Below, piece by piece: positions 11,552 through 23,434 of a stretch of 44,899 nt of DNA. This DNA is from Chlorokybus atmophyticus. Taxonomy: Eukaryota > Plantae > Mesostigma and Chlorokybus algae. Position 1 is the first letter of the stretch, and each line of letters opens with the position of its first letter. The stretch lies in assembly GCA_009103225.1 (NCBI GenBank), contig RHPI01001709.1, positions 6,488 through 51,386 of the forward strand, given 5' to 3'. The position numbers and the translations under genes are program-made. A model generated the notes under the pieces. That model was given only the letters and a program-made list of their open reading frames with translations, was not told the origin of the DNA and did not search any database.

Positions 11552-11684
11552 TGTGAACGCTGCGGCAGTGCCGGCAACAATGCACTCATGATGCTGCTAT
11601 GGCTGCGACAAGGGCCTGCATTGCTACTGTCAGGAGCCCCCATTGGACGCAATACCCATGGAGGATTACTAGTGCGACAATTGC
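11552..11684 (+). pseudogene. PHD finger (C4HC3) at the C-terminus of pol (copy A)
   Basis: With frameshifts it reads CERCGSAGNNALMML-CYGCDKGLHCYCQEPPLDAIPMEDY*CDNC, the standard PHD pattern; the stop replaces the usual aromatic residue. Confidence 0.8.
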
Positions 11685-11751
11685 CGCACCAACAGTCCTC
11701 CTCACCTGCGTTAACAGCTGAGATCTGGAGCTGGAACCTCCCCAGAAGCTC

Positions 11752-11768
11752 AGGGGGGGGGGGGGGGG
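11752..11768 (+). promoter_or_regulatory. Polypurine tract (poly-G) before the 3' LTR
   Basis: G run directly before the LTR. An ambiguous base (n) sits at 11769. Confidence 0.65.
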
Positions 11769-12001
11769 NTTGACTGTGTGTCCTACAGAACAGCATGTAC
11801 ACTCAGGAGGACACCGCCTCCACATGTCCGTGTGACTCAGCAGCAGCGGAGCAGCTCCACCAAGCACTCCTCGCCATACAAGCTGGGTTATCTTTTACTT
11901 TTGCTACATGTTATAACATGTTGCAGCGACAGGGCTAGCAAGCCTGTCTCTTCCTGTAGCGGCCCGAGACAGTGTGACCCTCGACTCCCCTCGACCCGAC
12001 A
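11769..12001 (+). repeat. 3' LTR of DNMT-Ty3 copy A (about 233 bp)
   Basis: Follows the PPT, starts (n)TTGAC and ends CCCGACA. A homologous copy lies at 23435-23667. Confidence 0.75.
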
Positions 12002-15000
12002 TCCTCCTTTGTCTTCGCGTACACCAAAATGTCGTCGAGGTACACGAGGGCTCCCTTACCAATTAAGTCAGCAAAAACACTGTTTATTAGCGTTTGAAAT
12101 GTTGCCGACGCGTTCGTAAGTCCGAAGAGCATGACCAACCAATCGTAGTGCCCATAACGCGTGTGAAAAGCTGGTTTCTCCACATCCTCGGGCGCGATGC
12201 GGATTTGGTGATAACCTTCAGCAAGATCAAGTGTTGTGAAGTACTGCGCACCTTGCAATTGCTCTAGCAACTCGTCGATGCATGGGAGTGGAAAGCGGTT
12301 CCTCTTTGTGATGTTGTTGAGAGCTCGGTAGTTGACGCACATGCGCAAGCTCCCGTTCTTCTTTCGAACAAACAATATAGGTGCACCATAAGGGGACTTA
12401 CTATGCCTAATGTAGCCTCTTTTTAGCAAGTCTGCCACCTGCCTCTCGGCCTCTTCCAGCTCCAAAGGTGACAACTTGTATACGGGTTGATACCGTGGCT
12501 TGTGCACGCCCTCAATCACCGTGTGGAACTAGAGTTCAACACGGTGGTCTACGCTCCGTGGAGGTGGTAGACCAGATGGAAGTCCGTCCACCATGATATC
12601 TTCATATTATTTAACAAGTTTACACACCTCGGGGTCCATTGTAGCCGTCTTAACATCGTCACTCAGCTCCGGTGCTGACTTTGCAGCGTTTTCGCGCACC
12701 ACGCACAACCATGAAGCCTTTGCCTTCCGTGGAGACAATAACTTCCTTCATTGCACATAAAAGATCTGGGCAATTGTCGTACCACTTGATTGTGCGTGCC
12801 GCGCCTCGATGACGTCCGACGCAGCTTGAATGGACTCTCCACCGTTTCGTTTGATGGTGAGCACGCGCTTCCTCCAATTAATGGATGACTTATGTTGCCA
12901 TAGCCACGGTAGTCTCAAAATCCCGTTAAACCCGTTCCGTAGGGTGATGCAGCAAAATCGCATGTTCTCCTTCATCTTCCCAATGCGAACGCACAACTCT
13001 TTGGTCATAAACGCAGCGCCATTACCTCCAGAGGGTGGCTCTCCATCAGCGAGCTTCACTTCACCTTCTCGTAATGACGAAAGCCAACCGTAACGCCGCG
13101 CAATATCAATACTCATAAAGTTACTGTTGGCACCGCTATCAATCATGAGCTTACACTCTCTCCATCGTCCTTGGTCATCGCAATTGTGTGCTCGAAGCCC
13201 GAAGTACTTTGTTGTCTCCTCTTTTGCATAACTCACCACCGTTGGCGCGTTCATAGCCACTTCCTCGTGCTTCCTTGATGGAAATGTCACAGCATCTGTC
13301 CGTGCATGAGGCTCCTTCCTATCCCCAGCAGTAGCCTCACCTACTGGGGGAAGTCATTTTCCTGCTCCACGCCATTTTGCTCCATGGTGTTGACGCGACG
13401 ATCACGGTGAGGGTTGCCATCCGGTGTTGGCCTTTGCGTGCTTCGTTCGGGGCATCCGTACGCCAAATGCTCAATCGACCCACACGCATAACACTTGCGC
13501 ACCCCTTTACCTCTTTCACCACGTCCGGTGTGCTTTGCCTCACTTCCACGCGTGTGTATGGCACCCACCTCCATTGGTGCAGGCCCAGAGTCAGCTCCAC
13601 CTCCATTGGCAACCCTTAAACTTGGTTCTCCTCGTCTCCATGCATGTTGAGAGCCTCCCCGGGGCTGATCACCATGCCTTTGCCTCCAGTCAGTGTTTCT
13701 TGTGGGGGACTTAAAGTACAACGCGTCGAGACGCTCCGCGATGCATATAGCCTCCGCGAGTGTCTTTGGGTCCCGAGCTCCACTTCTTTACGCCCCAAAG
13801 GTTTTAAACCACGTGTATACCTGTCTAGCTGCTCCTCCTCGATCATATTGGGTTTGGACATCACCAATCGCTGAAACGCAGCCGTGTACGCCATCACCGA
13901 CCCCATTTGCACAAGGGCTGCAAGTTTGTCGCGTGCCGCCTTCACGCCCTCAACGTGAACAAATTGATGCCTGACCTCCAGTGCCAACTCTTCCATGGTG
14001 GTCAATGGCAGTGCCGTCCCACTTGCAACACGCGCACAGCGATGTCTCCACCATACAAGTGCTGCACCTTTAAGCAATGTCGCTGCAACCTCCACTTGCA
14101 GATGCGTGGGCACCTCTGTGAGCTTCAACCAAGACGACACTTGAAAAATCCATCCACCTACTGCATCTCCATCACGTTGACCTTTGAATGGCTTTGGCTT
14201 TGGCACCTTCACATGCACGCGCGAGCTTGATGCCATGGGAACTTGTACACGCGCCATTGCATGCTTATACGCCTCGCGTTGTGCTTGTGCCGCCGCTTGC
14301 GTGTGATGAAGCTCTTCCCTCAACGCTAAGATGGCAGCTTGAAGCTCTTCCATGCGAGCATCCTCCATCTCCACCAATACACTACACTCCGCTTTTCAGC
14401 GAAAAATACAAACGCCCACACACTTCCTCGCTACCCTTCGTAAACCACGCTCCGATACTAGTTGTGACGGTGCTCGTGCCTTGTCACCTGTGAGTTGGTC
14501 CAATCAACAACCTTCTCAACAAGACGCGATATTCACACCGGAACCTTGCCCCCCTTTGCCAAGCACACACTCGCGCCCCGCCACTTGCGTACGCACGCGC
14601 ATGCGCTTGAAGCTACACACCGACTTGTGTAGCGCCTTGGATCGTCACACAAGCAAGCACACACCAGTGGACACACGCTAGCAACCCCTGCTAACCACCA
14701 CTAGGCTTGCACACAAGAAACCAGGGAGCTAAAGGTTGTATTGTGAATTGTAGAATGTCACTTTTATACCTACCAGTCTGCACATGCTACTGTCTAGACG
14801 ATTACTACTAGCGCTAGACGGAACTAGAAGCTATTCTTGCAGAATCTTGTAATACACTTCTAGACCTTTCTTTCCGACGCACCAAAGATCTCCTCATCTG
14901 CTGCTCCTATGGTCAAGTTATACTACTTGGCACCAGGCCCTTCCAAAAATCTGGTCGAGCCCTTCTCGACTGGCCCTCCGTTTTCTGGCGTCTTCCAGAC

Positions 15001-15083
15001 TGGCCCTGGGACGGTCGATATTTGCGGCAGACTCGCAACTTGCCGATATCCGCCACAAGTCATGAAAAACATGATACCTCACA
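12002..15083 (-). mobile_element. Ty3/Gypsy element 1 (5' LTR, PBS, gag, PR, RT N-half), interrupted just after YLDD by the copy A LTR
   Basis: Gag 13616-14377 (KPKPFKG, LLKGAALVWW, YTAAFQ). CCHC knuckle CYACGSIEHLAYGC. Protease LMIDSGA. RT PYGAPILFVRKKNGSLRMCVNYRALN...YLDDILVY. PBS TAGTATCGGAGC at 14449-14460. Confidence 0.9.
14463..15083 (-). repeat. 5' LTR of element 1
   Basis: Minus-strand ends TGTGAGG...CCGTCACA, 2 nt from the PBS. The outer boundary is inferred from the terminal inverted motif. Confidence 0.6.
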
Positions 15084-15129
15084 AATAAGGCAAAAAATGG
15101 CCATGAAAATTACGACATTTGGCCTTGAC

Positions 15130-16348
15130 TGTTACACATCAAGTGATTGAGGAAACCTTTTGGCATTATGTGAGTCCAAACCAGAGTGATTGGAATGTCT
15201 GTCTTCCAATGGCTGAGTTCGCGATTAATAATGCATGGCAACAGAGTGTGCATGCAACTTTTTGTTTTTTAAAATAAACAGAGTGCATCCATCAAGACCT
15301 GCAAATATCAAGTTGCCCGATACTGACGTAACTTGCGTACCTGTAGCACGCAAGATGGCTTCGGCCATGCATGATAGGTTAGCATTGGCAAAGGACTGAC
15401 TGCGCGCAGCGCAAGACAGACAAAAAGCCCAAGCTGATGCGCATCGTAAAGAGGCCAACTATGATGTGGGCTGTTCGGTGCTTCTAAGTACAAAACATAT
15501 CCATCAAGGGAGTGGGTACCCGCAAGTTTTTCCCTCATTGGATAGGCCCTTTTAAAGTAAGGAACTGTGTCGGCACTCACGCGTATTATTTGGACATACT
15601 GAAGTCGATACGCATTCACAATGTGTTTTATGTGAGTGTACTGAAACCGTACCGTTTTAACGGTCGGGTTCAACCTTCTCCACCCCTCGTTGCAGTAGAT
15701 AGCAATGATAATTTTGAGTATGAGGTGGAAGCAATCTTAAGTCACCGTAAGCCTCGACGCGGACGCGCGGCGTCTTACTTGGTGAAATGGAAAAGGTATG
15801 GTGTTGAGCACAACACGTGGGAGCCCGAAAGGAATCTGATCAAATGCTAAGAGATTGTTTGGGGGTACTGGAGTGTTGTGTCCACACGCGGACGGTAAAA
15901 GGGTGCTGGCACACATCTTTACCGCTTCTACCCTGGTTCTCTCATTGCTTTTGTTTTCAGTACTCATCGTGGGGCTTTGCTAACCTTTTAATGAGGATAT
16001 TAAAACCTAAATAGGGGGGAATGTAACGGAGTGCTACCTCTATGGAGGTTCCCCGCCCTTATCTATGATCAAAGGGTCCTAACGGGTATATACAGCCAAT
16101 TAAGCCGTATTAAGGCCGTTAACCTAGTGTTAAGGCCCTAATGTAGTTTTACTTATTTGTAACACTGATGTTGACACAAGACATGAGTCTCTGTCGATAT
16201 CAGCTGTATGGCGGCACTGCTAATGCAGCGGCCGCCATGCAGCCGGTCTTCTGCTGCGGCAGTTGCCCCTAGGCGGCGGTGTCGGCGATGTGGCTGGTGG
16301 CGGTGTTGGGGTAGGGGATTTGAGGGGGCGGTAGCACCCCTCCTTACA
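15130..16348 (+). mobile_element. Chromovirus (Ty3) 3' fragment: integrase C-part, chromodomain, PPT, LTR
   Basis: WNVCLPMAEFAINNAW, HWIGPFKV, IHNVFYVSVLKPY and chromodomain YEVEAILSHR...YLVKWKRYGVEHNTWEPERNL (about 15715-15850). PPT aaataggggggaa, then TGTAAC at 16022. Putative LTR end TTACA at 16348. Confidence 0.8.
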
Positions 16349-16508
16349 CCTTAAGACCTACTTGTCCACCGTTGGTGCTGCCTCCAAGCTTTTCTCACGC
16401 TTTTTCCACCAGTCATGCCGCTCCTCCATCAACACCACCGTAATGGTCTAGCAACATCTTCACCCTTTATGTCGTAGTTGTCCACATCCAAAGGCTCCAT
16501 GGTACACT

Positions 16509-17950
16509 TGTCATTGGTTGCCATCTTCCAGGACTCACCCAACCTCACAAGACTCACCTAGAACTCTCGCCTAGCCTACGACCACTATCACACCTCTAGA
16601 CACTTGCTAGACCAGCGTAGTATGGGCCTATAACCTGTTGAGGCTTCTGACAAGCTACTACACATGCACGGAGCTGGTGAAAACATGAGGACAGGCATAC
16701 ACACACTACATCTTGAGCATGCACACAAGGCTGATCCAAAAGGCTTCCAAGGATTACAGCAAAGTCACGCCGCGGGCTTTTATACCTGCTAGTCTGCACA
16801 TGTGTATTTTAGAAGCCACCACGACTTCTACACTTAACCGATTGTTGCGCTCCAAGTTGCGCCACGTAGCTACTCTTAAGAGCTTTCCCAACAAGCTATG
16901 CCACGCCCCATATGGTGACGTAACCACTGAGCTACGAGTTCAACCGCCACGCCCAGGTTTTGCGAGACTCGAGACTCATGTCCGCGCCTGGACCTTCTCG
17001 ACTGGAACCTTCTCGCGCATATTCTTATCCATAAAGCAAGCTGACCGGCTACAAAAATATTCTCAACACCAGCCCCGTGGGCGTGACATTCCTCCCCACT
17101 TGCAACTCCCATGTTGCAAATGATGGGCCTTTATGCCCCGCACGATAGTTGTCAGACCGAGGTGGCCAGCTCCGCTAAATCAACGCACACTACGCGTAAA
17201 AGGATGCAAGTCGCGACATAGACATAGACATAGAGGTCCATGCTCGCGCATGGTAGTACAAGACCAAGTCTTACGAAGTGGCACCTATGAAGTTGAGCTC
17301 ACTTTAAAATCCTCTAACTTGGCAGCACAGTTTGCCAAATCAGAATTATGCTCCAAGGTATTATGCTCCTTGCTATAACCTAGTCACATTATGTAATATT
17401 CGGTATGAAAGCTCCTCTTGTACTTTTGAAACCGTTCACCGACGACGGCGTCGACCTCATACTCGAGTTCACCCTCAACCCCGTATGGAGGGGGCTGCAC
17501 TGAAACGTCACTTCTGTACGATGTGAACAATGCCTCATGGAACACATTGTATATGCGCCTGCTTTTTGGCAAATCAAGCCGAAAAGCGCGCTCGCCAACT
17601 GTGGCGCTGATGAGGAATGGCCCTAGCCATCTATGTAGCAACTTGCGTACCCCGCTTGACGTGAGTCGAATGTTCTTTGAGCTCAGCAAGACTCGTTTTC
17701 GAACTTGGAGATTATTACCAGGACCACGCTGCCTAGCAGCATACATTTTCTACCGATCTTGTGCTGCTTTCAAGCAGATCTTTTGCATGTGCCAATGCAT
17801 CATGCATGTGCTCAGTAAAGTCTCTAGCCGTTGGCATCTTGCTAAACGGCTCGCCTTTCAGAGACATCGGTGTCATATGATGACAATCGTAGTTTAGATA
17901 GAACGGAGCACTACGCAACGACTCATGCCATGCATTGTTGACGACGCGCC
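16509..17950 (-). mobile_element. Chromovirus (Ty3) 3' fragment: integrase C-part, chromodomain, PPT, 3' LTR (16509-17088)
   Basis: VVNNAWHESLRSAPFYLNY, RWLGPF, IYNVFHEAL and EYEVDAVVGER. PPT agtggggaggaa (17089-17100). LTR with TGTCA...TGACA ends. Confidence 0.85.
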
Positions 17951-18018
17951 TGACCTTAAACTACAGCAGGCCCCTTGGCTACACGCTCAACTAAGGTTTC
18001 GAGACTGCACAAGCCATC

Positions 18019-18022
18019 TATA

Positions 18023-18064
<42 letters not shown>
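18019..18064. repeat. (TA)n microsatellite at the 5' junction of copy B
   Basis: About 20 perfect TA units directly before the truncated gag-like ORF. Confidence 0.95.
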
Positions 18065-18066
<2 letters not shown>

Positions 18067-18374
18067 CGCTTGGTGTATGAGAAGACAGTGCTGGACACCA
18101 ACCGCAGCGCCTCACGGCCTGTAGCAAGCACAACTACCGAGCCTCCTCGCCGCAAACGTGGCCGGGACGCTCCACCAGCACGCGACAAAGGGAAACGGTC
18201 AGCGCATAATGCTTTGCCTGCCCCTGTGCTGTGTCATTGCTGTGGACGGCATGGGCACTACCAAAAGGAGTGCACCGAAGAGTACTCAACTCGGGTCTGC
18301 GACTACTGCCACAAGACAGGCCACTTGGAGTCAATCTGCTGGCTCAAGTTCCCTGAGTTGAGACTGGTCAATGG

Positions 18375-18485
18375 CTACTACAGCAACAACTCTAGTGGCT
18401 ACAACAGCAACAACACTGGAGGCCACAACGGCAACAACTCTGGTGGCTACAACAGCAACCATATCGGAGGCCACAACAACAACAA
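18375..18485 (+). repeat. 27-bp-like coding repeat (Gly/Asn/His/Tyr)
   Basis: Encodes GYNSNNTGGHNGNNSGGYNSNHIGGHNN. Confidence 0.7.
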
Positions 18486-21345
18486 GAATGTCAACGCTCG
18501 CAAGGAAGAGCAAGACTACAGGGGGAAGAATCGTCCTCCTCAGCGCAAGGGACTGGAAGGATGTCCATGCGCTGCTGCAGTTGCCGCCAAGGCTCCGGCC
18601 AACCCGCCAGCTGATGACCATATTGCGGCCCTCATGGCGCGTATGGCATGCTTGAAGGAGGACAACAAGCAGGACTATCGCGCCTGCTACTTTGCCCGGT
18701 GGGCACTGATGGCTCCAAAGCGCACGAGCGACACCAGCACTCTATCACGCGTTCAACCATCCCGACGAGTTCGAGGGGAAGCCGCAACATCATTAGCAGC
18801 TACTCCCTCCGAAGCCAATGGTGCTGCACCAGCAGCAACAGCTTCACCGGCTGTGATGTCGACTCCGTCAACGATAGCAGCAACTACTCCAGTTGCACCA
18901 AAAGTGGGTACATCAGTGAGCACCGTAACGCCAACACTGGTGAGCACGCTGGCAACAGCCACTGCTGTCACCGACCCTGCAGCAGGAGGTCGCACCGATC
19001 CCGCTCCAACTGCAGAACCACCTGTGTCAGCGAGCACTGAGACCACGCTCGCGCCACTGAGCGGCACTCTTGCAACCACCAACAGTGTCATCGTTGACGC
19101 CCGCTGCCACTGCAGCGACGCGCAGCTACATTGCCCGTCCTCGACGTCACTTAGGCTGTCCCGCGAGGTCAGCAAGCCGAGCGCACATGGGAGACCATCA
19201 TGCGTGGAGCAGATTTCACTATCATTGCTTTTGGGCGCGGAGGAGAGCGCACAACACGCGTTGAACGCAGTGACCGAGTCTTCCCCTTGCCTGAATATCA
19301 CACCATGCCAGAGCAGACTAAGCGGCAACTGGAGGACGAAATTCTCGCCGGCACGGCGCCTCACATGCGAGACCGCGTCTTTGTGGTAAAAACACATGTT
19401 GTACTGGAGCTGTTCTGGACTCTGCATAACAACATGCAGACTGCGCCACGCCAGCCCGCACCGGTCCGTCCTGAACCATACGAGCCAAGCCCGCTGGACA
19501 CGTATTGGGATCGGCAACCCATCGTACAGCAGCACATCGCTGATGCAACCGACATGCCTTTGGGTGACAGCGAAGCATTGAGACCCCTCAGTACCGTTCG
19601 GCTTCATGAGCGCTACAACGCTCAGAAACGGGCGTTTACCTGGCGACAAGACCAAACGGCAGCAATTAATGCAAGAGCGCAAGCCCTTGCCACTGCTCGC
19701 ACTCTTGTTTTTCAACTAACAGTTGCTGGCCCATCATCCAGCACAACACCTCTCATCGGTGAGCCCGACATTGACCAGGCGAGGACGTTGGCCCAACAAA
19801 CCAGGGGGGTGATCGCCCCGCTGCTACCCGCCTTGCTGGAAGACTTGCCTGACGATTAACGGGATCCAGGGAGAGGCTACCTGACACCATAAGGGTGTAC
19901 ACAACAGGATGGATCAGGCTCAATCGGAGAACTGCAACTTCGCGCAGCCCTATTACAACAAGCAACCATGCTACATCGACAAGAAAGCATCGGCCTGAGA
20001 TGGATGCTAGGGATGCGAGAAGGTGGCAATGCAGCTCGAAGAAGATTAGTGACTTGGCTAGTCACCAATCACCCCGCAGTCCCTCTGTTCGCATTCGGCT
20101 CCAGATTGTTATGGTTGGACGCCTTGCTTCGCTCGCTGCGGCAAGCCTAGGACGAGGTTGCCTCGGCAGCCATTGACACCGTAAAAGGAGCTCAAAAGGC
20201 CATACTGAGGTTGGCAGGGTTGGAAGCAGCGCGGCAGCGCAGAGGCATCGCAGCTGCTTGTGAGCAGCATGTCCGACAGCCAGAGATTTACCTCACTGTG
20301 CGGGCACGAGCAACAACGGTGCTAGAATTGGGGGTGGTCAATGGCAGATGGGATGCCTACATGGCAGGGATCCTAAGGGTTCCCACCATCACCTACGATA
20401 TAAGAGCGCGGCTTCTGCGCGCAGTGTATCTCCAGCCCATGCCTCAGAATCACCGCTGGAGTGACGTGGTCAACAATCCAACAGCCACATGGGAAGGTAC
20501 ACTGGTCAGGAGGCAGCTCATGCAGTACGCTGAACTTATGTGGAAGAACAGGCTGCACGGGAGGCGGGCCCACAAACACCCGGTCCTCCAGGGTTTCCTC
20601 GACAGCCACTGGCTACGCCGCCAGGTATGACCCGGCCACACAGAGGCGCAATCCGCCTGCGCCACAACCAGGGCAACTACAGGCAGCACCACAAGCACCC
20701 AAGCCGCAGCGCGTATACCAACACCAAAGACAAGGACGGTTCGAGCCAGGCCGCGGACAAGGAGCTTTCAAAGACCCAGCTTGTCGAGGGGCGCTTGCCG
20801 CACTACGCTCGACACCACCAGAGGAGACTGCAGCAGCAGTCACCCCACGCACACGCTACCGACGATTTAAGCGGCTGCGCATCCACGCCAATGCAGCCAT
20901 GATCGCCAACCACGGCAAGCATGTCATTATCAAGGGACGAGCACCCAGGCGTGTGATGCTGGACTCTGAAGCCGAGCCTACCATCATTGGACGTTACCTC
21001 GCACGCGACCTTGGCATCGCTAGCGCTGAGCTGATGCCTTGCCCATACGTGCTCGGCACAGCAACCGGCAGCCGTGACAAGGTGATTGGCATCACCAAGC
21101 AGGCTCTCTGCATTTGCTTGACAAGGGTGGACCCTTCCCACAGCACCGAGGTCATACAGAAGTGCGTAATCACCGACGCAGGATCCTTCGACCTATTGCT
21201 GGGACAGGACTTCAACTTCCCTGTTGGCATGGGGCTGAATTGCTGGATAGAGAAGGCATGATTTCGTCCCCATAGGGATCAGGAGGATGGAAAGGTTCAA
21301 GGATATTTGCCTCTCGAGCTGGTGGCTCGTACTCGCTCTCACCGA

Positions 21346-21468
21346 AGGTCAGCTGCAACAGCCACCTACAGGTCGATGTTGACAACCACTGACAGGTCAG
21401 CTGCAACAGCCACCCACAAGTCGGTCTCAACAACCACGGACAGATCAGCTGCGGTGGTCACCCACAAC
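21346..21468 (+). repeat. 48-bp coding tandem repeat, about 2.5 copies, in the PR-DNMT linker
   Basis: aggtcagctgcaacagccacc...acaaccac(t/g)gac at 21346 and 21394, partial at 21442. Encodes RSAATATxxSxxTTTD. Confidence 0.8.
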
Positions 21469-21705
21469 TCTAACTAAGACTCTCCTATCCCATACGACAA
21501 ATCTTAGGAAGATGCCACTGAAGAAGTGGCCAACCAGAAACCAGCGGACCGCCGCTGACGAGCACAAGTGGTCGCACATCTACTACTAAGCAGACCACGG
21601 CTCACTTCACGGTTCCCTCTCTACAAGGACTAAGCTGTGGTCCAAGAGCAACACCAGGTGGCCACTAGAGTAGTGGAGTTTCACGTATTCCATCGACAAC
21701 AAGGC

Positions 21706-22650
21706 ATCACCGTGTTGGAACTATTTGGGGGTATAAGTAGTGGCCTCGCCGCTGTCCTCAACACCGGCGCGACGGTCACTAAGTACTTCTATTGTGACCC
21801 TGATCCACACGCACAGCATGCCCTGAGCCACCACCTGCGCCACCTGCACAAATGCTACCCGCAACGACTGTTGCTATCGGCACTGCTAGGCAGTCTGAAG
21901 GCACTGCCACAGGACATCCGTTTAATCAAGGCGGATCACCTCTTGGCGGTGGGCAACATCGACCTAATAATAGCAGGACGGGAGTATCGAGGACACTCTA
22001 GAGCAGGCAGAGGCCAAGGACTCGCTGATCCTCGCTCGCGACTATTCTGAGAACTGATGCGTGTCATCAAAATCCCTGCAGAGCAACCAGCTGTTCAGGC
22101 CTCCACGATACATCATCAAGAATGTGCACTCTAACGACGATAAGTGCCATCACGTGTACGACAGCTTTTACAGGTGTTCTTTATTCGGACACCCTCTAAA
22201 AATCAGCGCGTCATGGCTCCCATGCATATCGCGTCCGCGCCAAGTGGACCAGCCTGGCTACAGTTGAGGATCTCTTTGTTGTTATATTTGCACAGCAGTC
22301 GTCCACGTAATCTTACCGTCGACGCTATCCTGGACCCTGGGCGCACAGCACAACCAGTCGCACGACACGATCAACAGCACTTTTACCAATGCAACCAGGC
22401 CTAGTCACGTCGTGCGCTCCCCACTCTGGTGTCTTACCTAGGATCATACGCCTTCCGCAACCAAGGCGAAAGCATGGTGTCGGATTCCAACACATGCCGA
22501 CTGGAGGAACCCAACGCACGTGAGTGCGAACGCGCCATGAGATTTTCTCCAGGCAGTATGATAGGTTCCACGCTGACCGACAGTCAGCAATGTCAGTTGT
22601 TGGGACGCGCCATGGAGCAGAACAGCATGGTGTGGTTATTGGAAATATGC
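21706..22650 (+). pseudogene. C5-cytosine DNA methyltransferase domain, motifs I-X (copy B); catalytic Cys position reads Tyr
   Basis: Motif I ITVLELFGGISSG, II YFYCDPD, III QDIRLI, IV DLIIAG-REYR-GHSRAGRGQGLADPRSRLF, VI YIIKNV (ENV in copy A), IX/X EEPNARECERAMRF...LLGRAMEQNS. Confidence 0.85.
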
Positions 22651-23434
22651 TTTGCTCTTCTGGACCGCCATGTGTCCTTCCAGGAGCTCGAACACCTGGC
22701 GGGGGGGTGGGCCGATCGCGTGCGAGAGATCAAAGCGGCACACACCGCCCTCGAAATCGCCCATATAGAGGAGCAGGCAGCAGTCACTATGGAGGACATC
22801 CCAGTAGTCGCCAACGCTACCTCTTGGTCCCATTGGACCACTGGCTAAAGGCCAGACACGAGAACAACTTGAGGCTCTCCTCAACAAGTGGAGGAGTCAG
22901 TTCAGCTTCAGCGTGAAGGAACTGGGCGTCTGCTCAGTTTACCAAATGGACATCGAGTTGGTGGACACCGAACCGGTGCTTCGACGACAGTACCGACTCT
23001 CCAAGTCGGAAGAAGACTTGGTGGAGCAGAGGTGCAAGGCTCTGCTAGATGCAGGCCTGATTGAGGAGTCCACATCGAAGTTTGCGGCCGCGACCGTCAT
23101 GCCCCTGAAGAAGGATTCAGCAGGCAACTGGACAGACCGGCGTATGTGCGGCGACTATCGCCCCGTCAACAATGAGACCAGACAAGACAGGTATCCAATG
23201 CCTACTGTAGCGGGTATCTTTGATGATGTAGGAACCTGTACCGTCTTCAGCATCCTGGACATGCGACAAGGGTACAACCAGATCGCCATCAAGGAGGAGG
23301 ACAAGCATAAGACCGCTTTCTGGGGCAACCGACAGCTGTACCAGTGGAAGGTCATGCCCTTCGGACTGAAGAATGCTCCTGCCAAGTTTTAGCGCGTTAT
23401 GGACAAAGCCTTGAAGGGGCTGAACTTCGCGCTC

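Larger units (their letters stand above)
7800..12001 (+). mobile_element. DNMT-carrying Ty3/Gypsy LTR retrotransposon, copy A (5'-truncated, decayed): DNMT C-half, RT, RNaseH, integrase, PHD, PPT, 3' LTR
   Basis: DNMT motifs YIIENV, RHGSRAHRVRAKWTN, EEPNARERKRAMGF and LLRRAMDQNSV. RT motifs RMCGDYRPL, MPFGLKNAPAKFQR and YIEDILIF. RNaseH motif SYEGECLAAVWA. Integrase HHCC, VITDQG and HPQADGLAER. About 90% identical by eye to copy B over the shared RT region. Confidence 0.9.

Noticed and set aside
11778-12003. Apparent pol extension (VGSRGVEGHTVSGR) on the minus strand in elements 1 and 2
   Set aside because: It joins different points of pol in the two elements and follows a PPT on the plus strand, so it is the antisense read of the DNMT-Ty3 LTR.
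16349-16508. Minus-strand MEPLDVDNYD...RVKMLLDHYG, resembling a Copia gag N-terminus
   Set aside because: Only 160 bp, needs a frameshift, and has no supporting domains.
18753-19715. 320-aa antisense ORF
   Set aside because: Shadow of the GC-rich plus-strand coding region, with no motifs.
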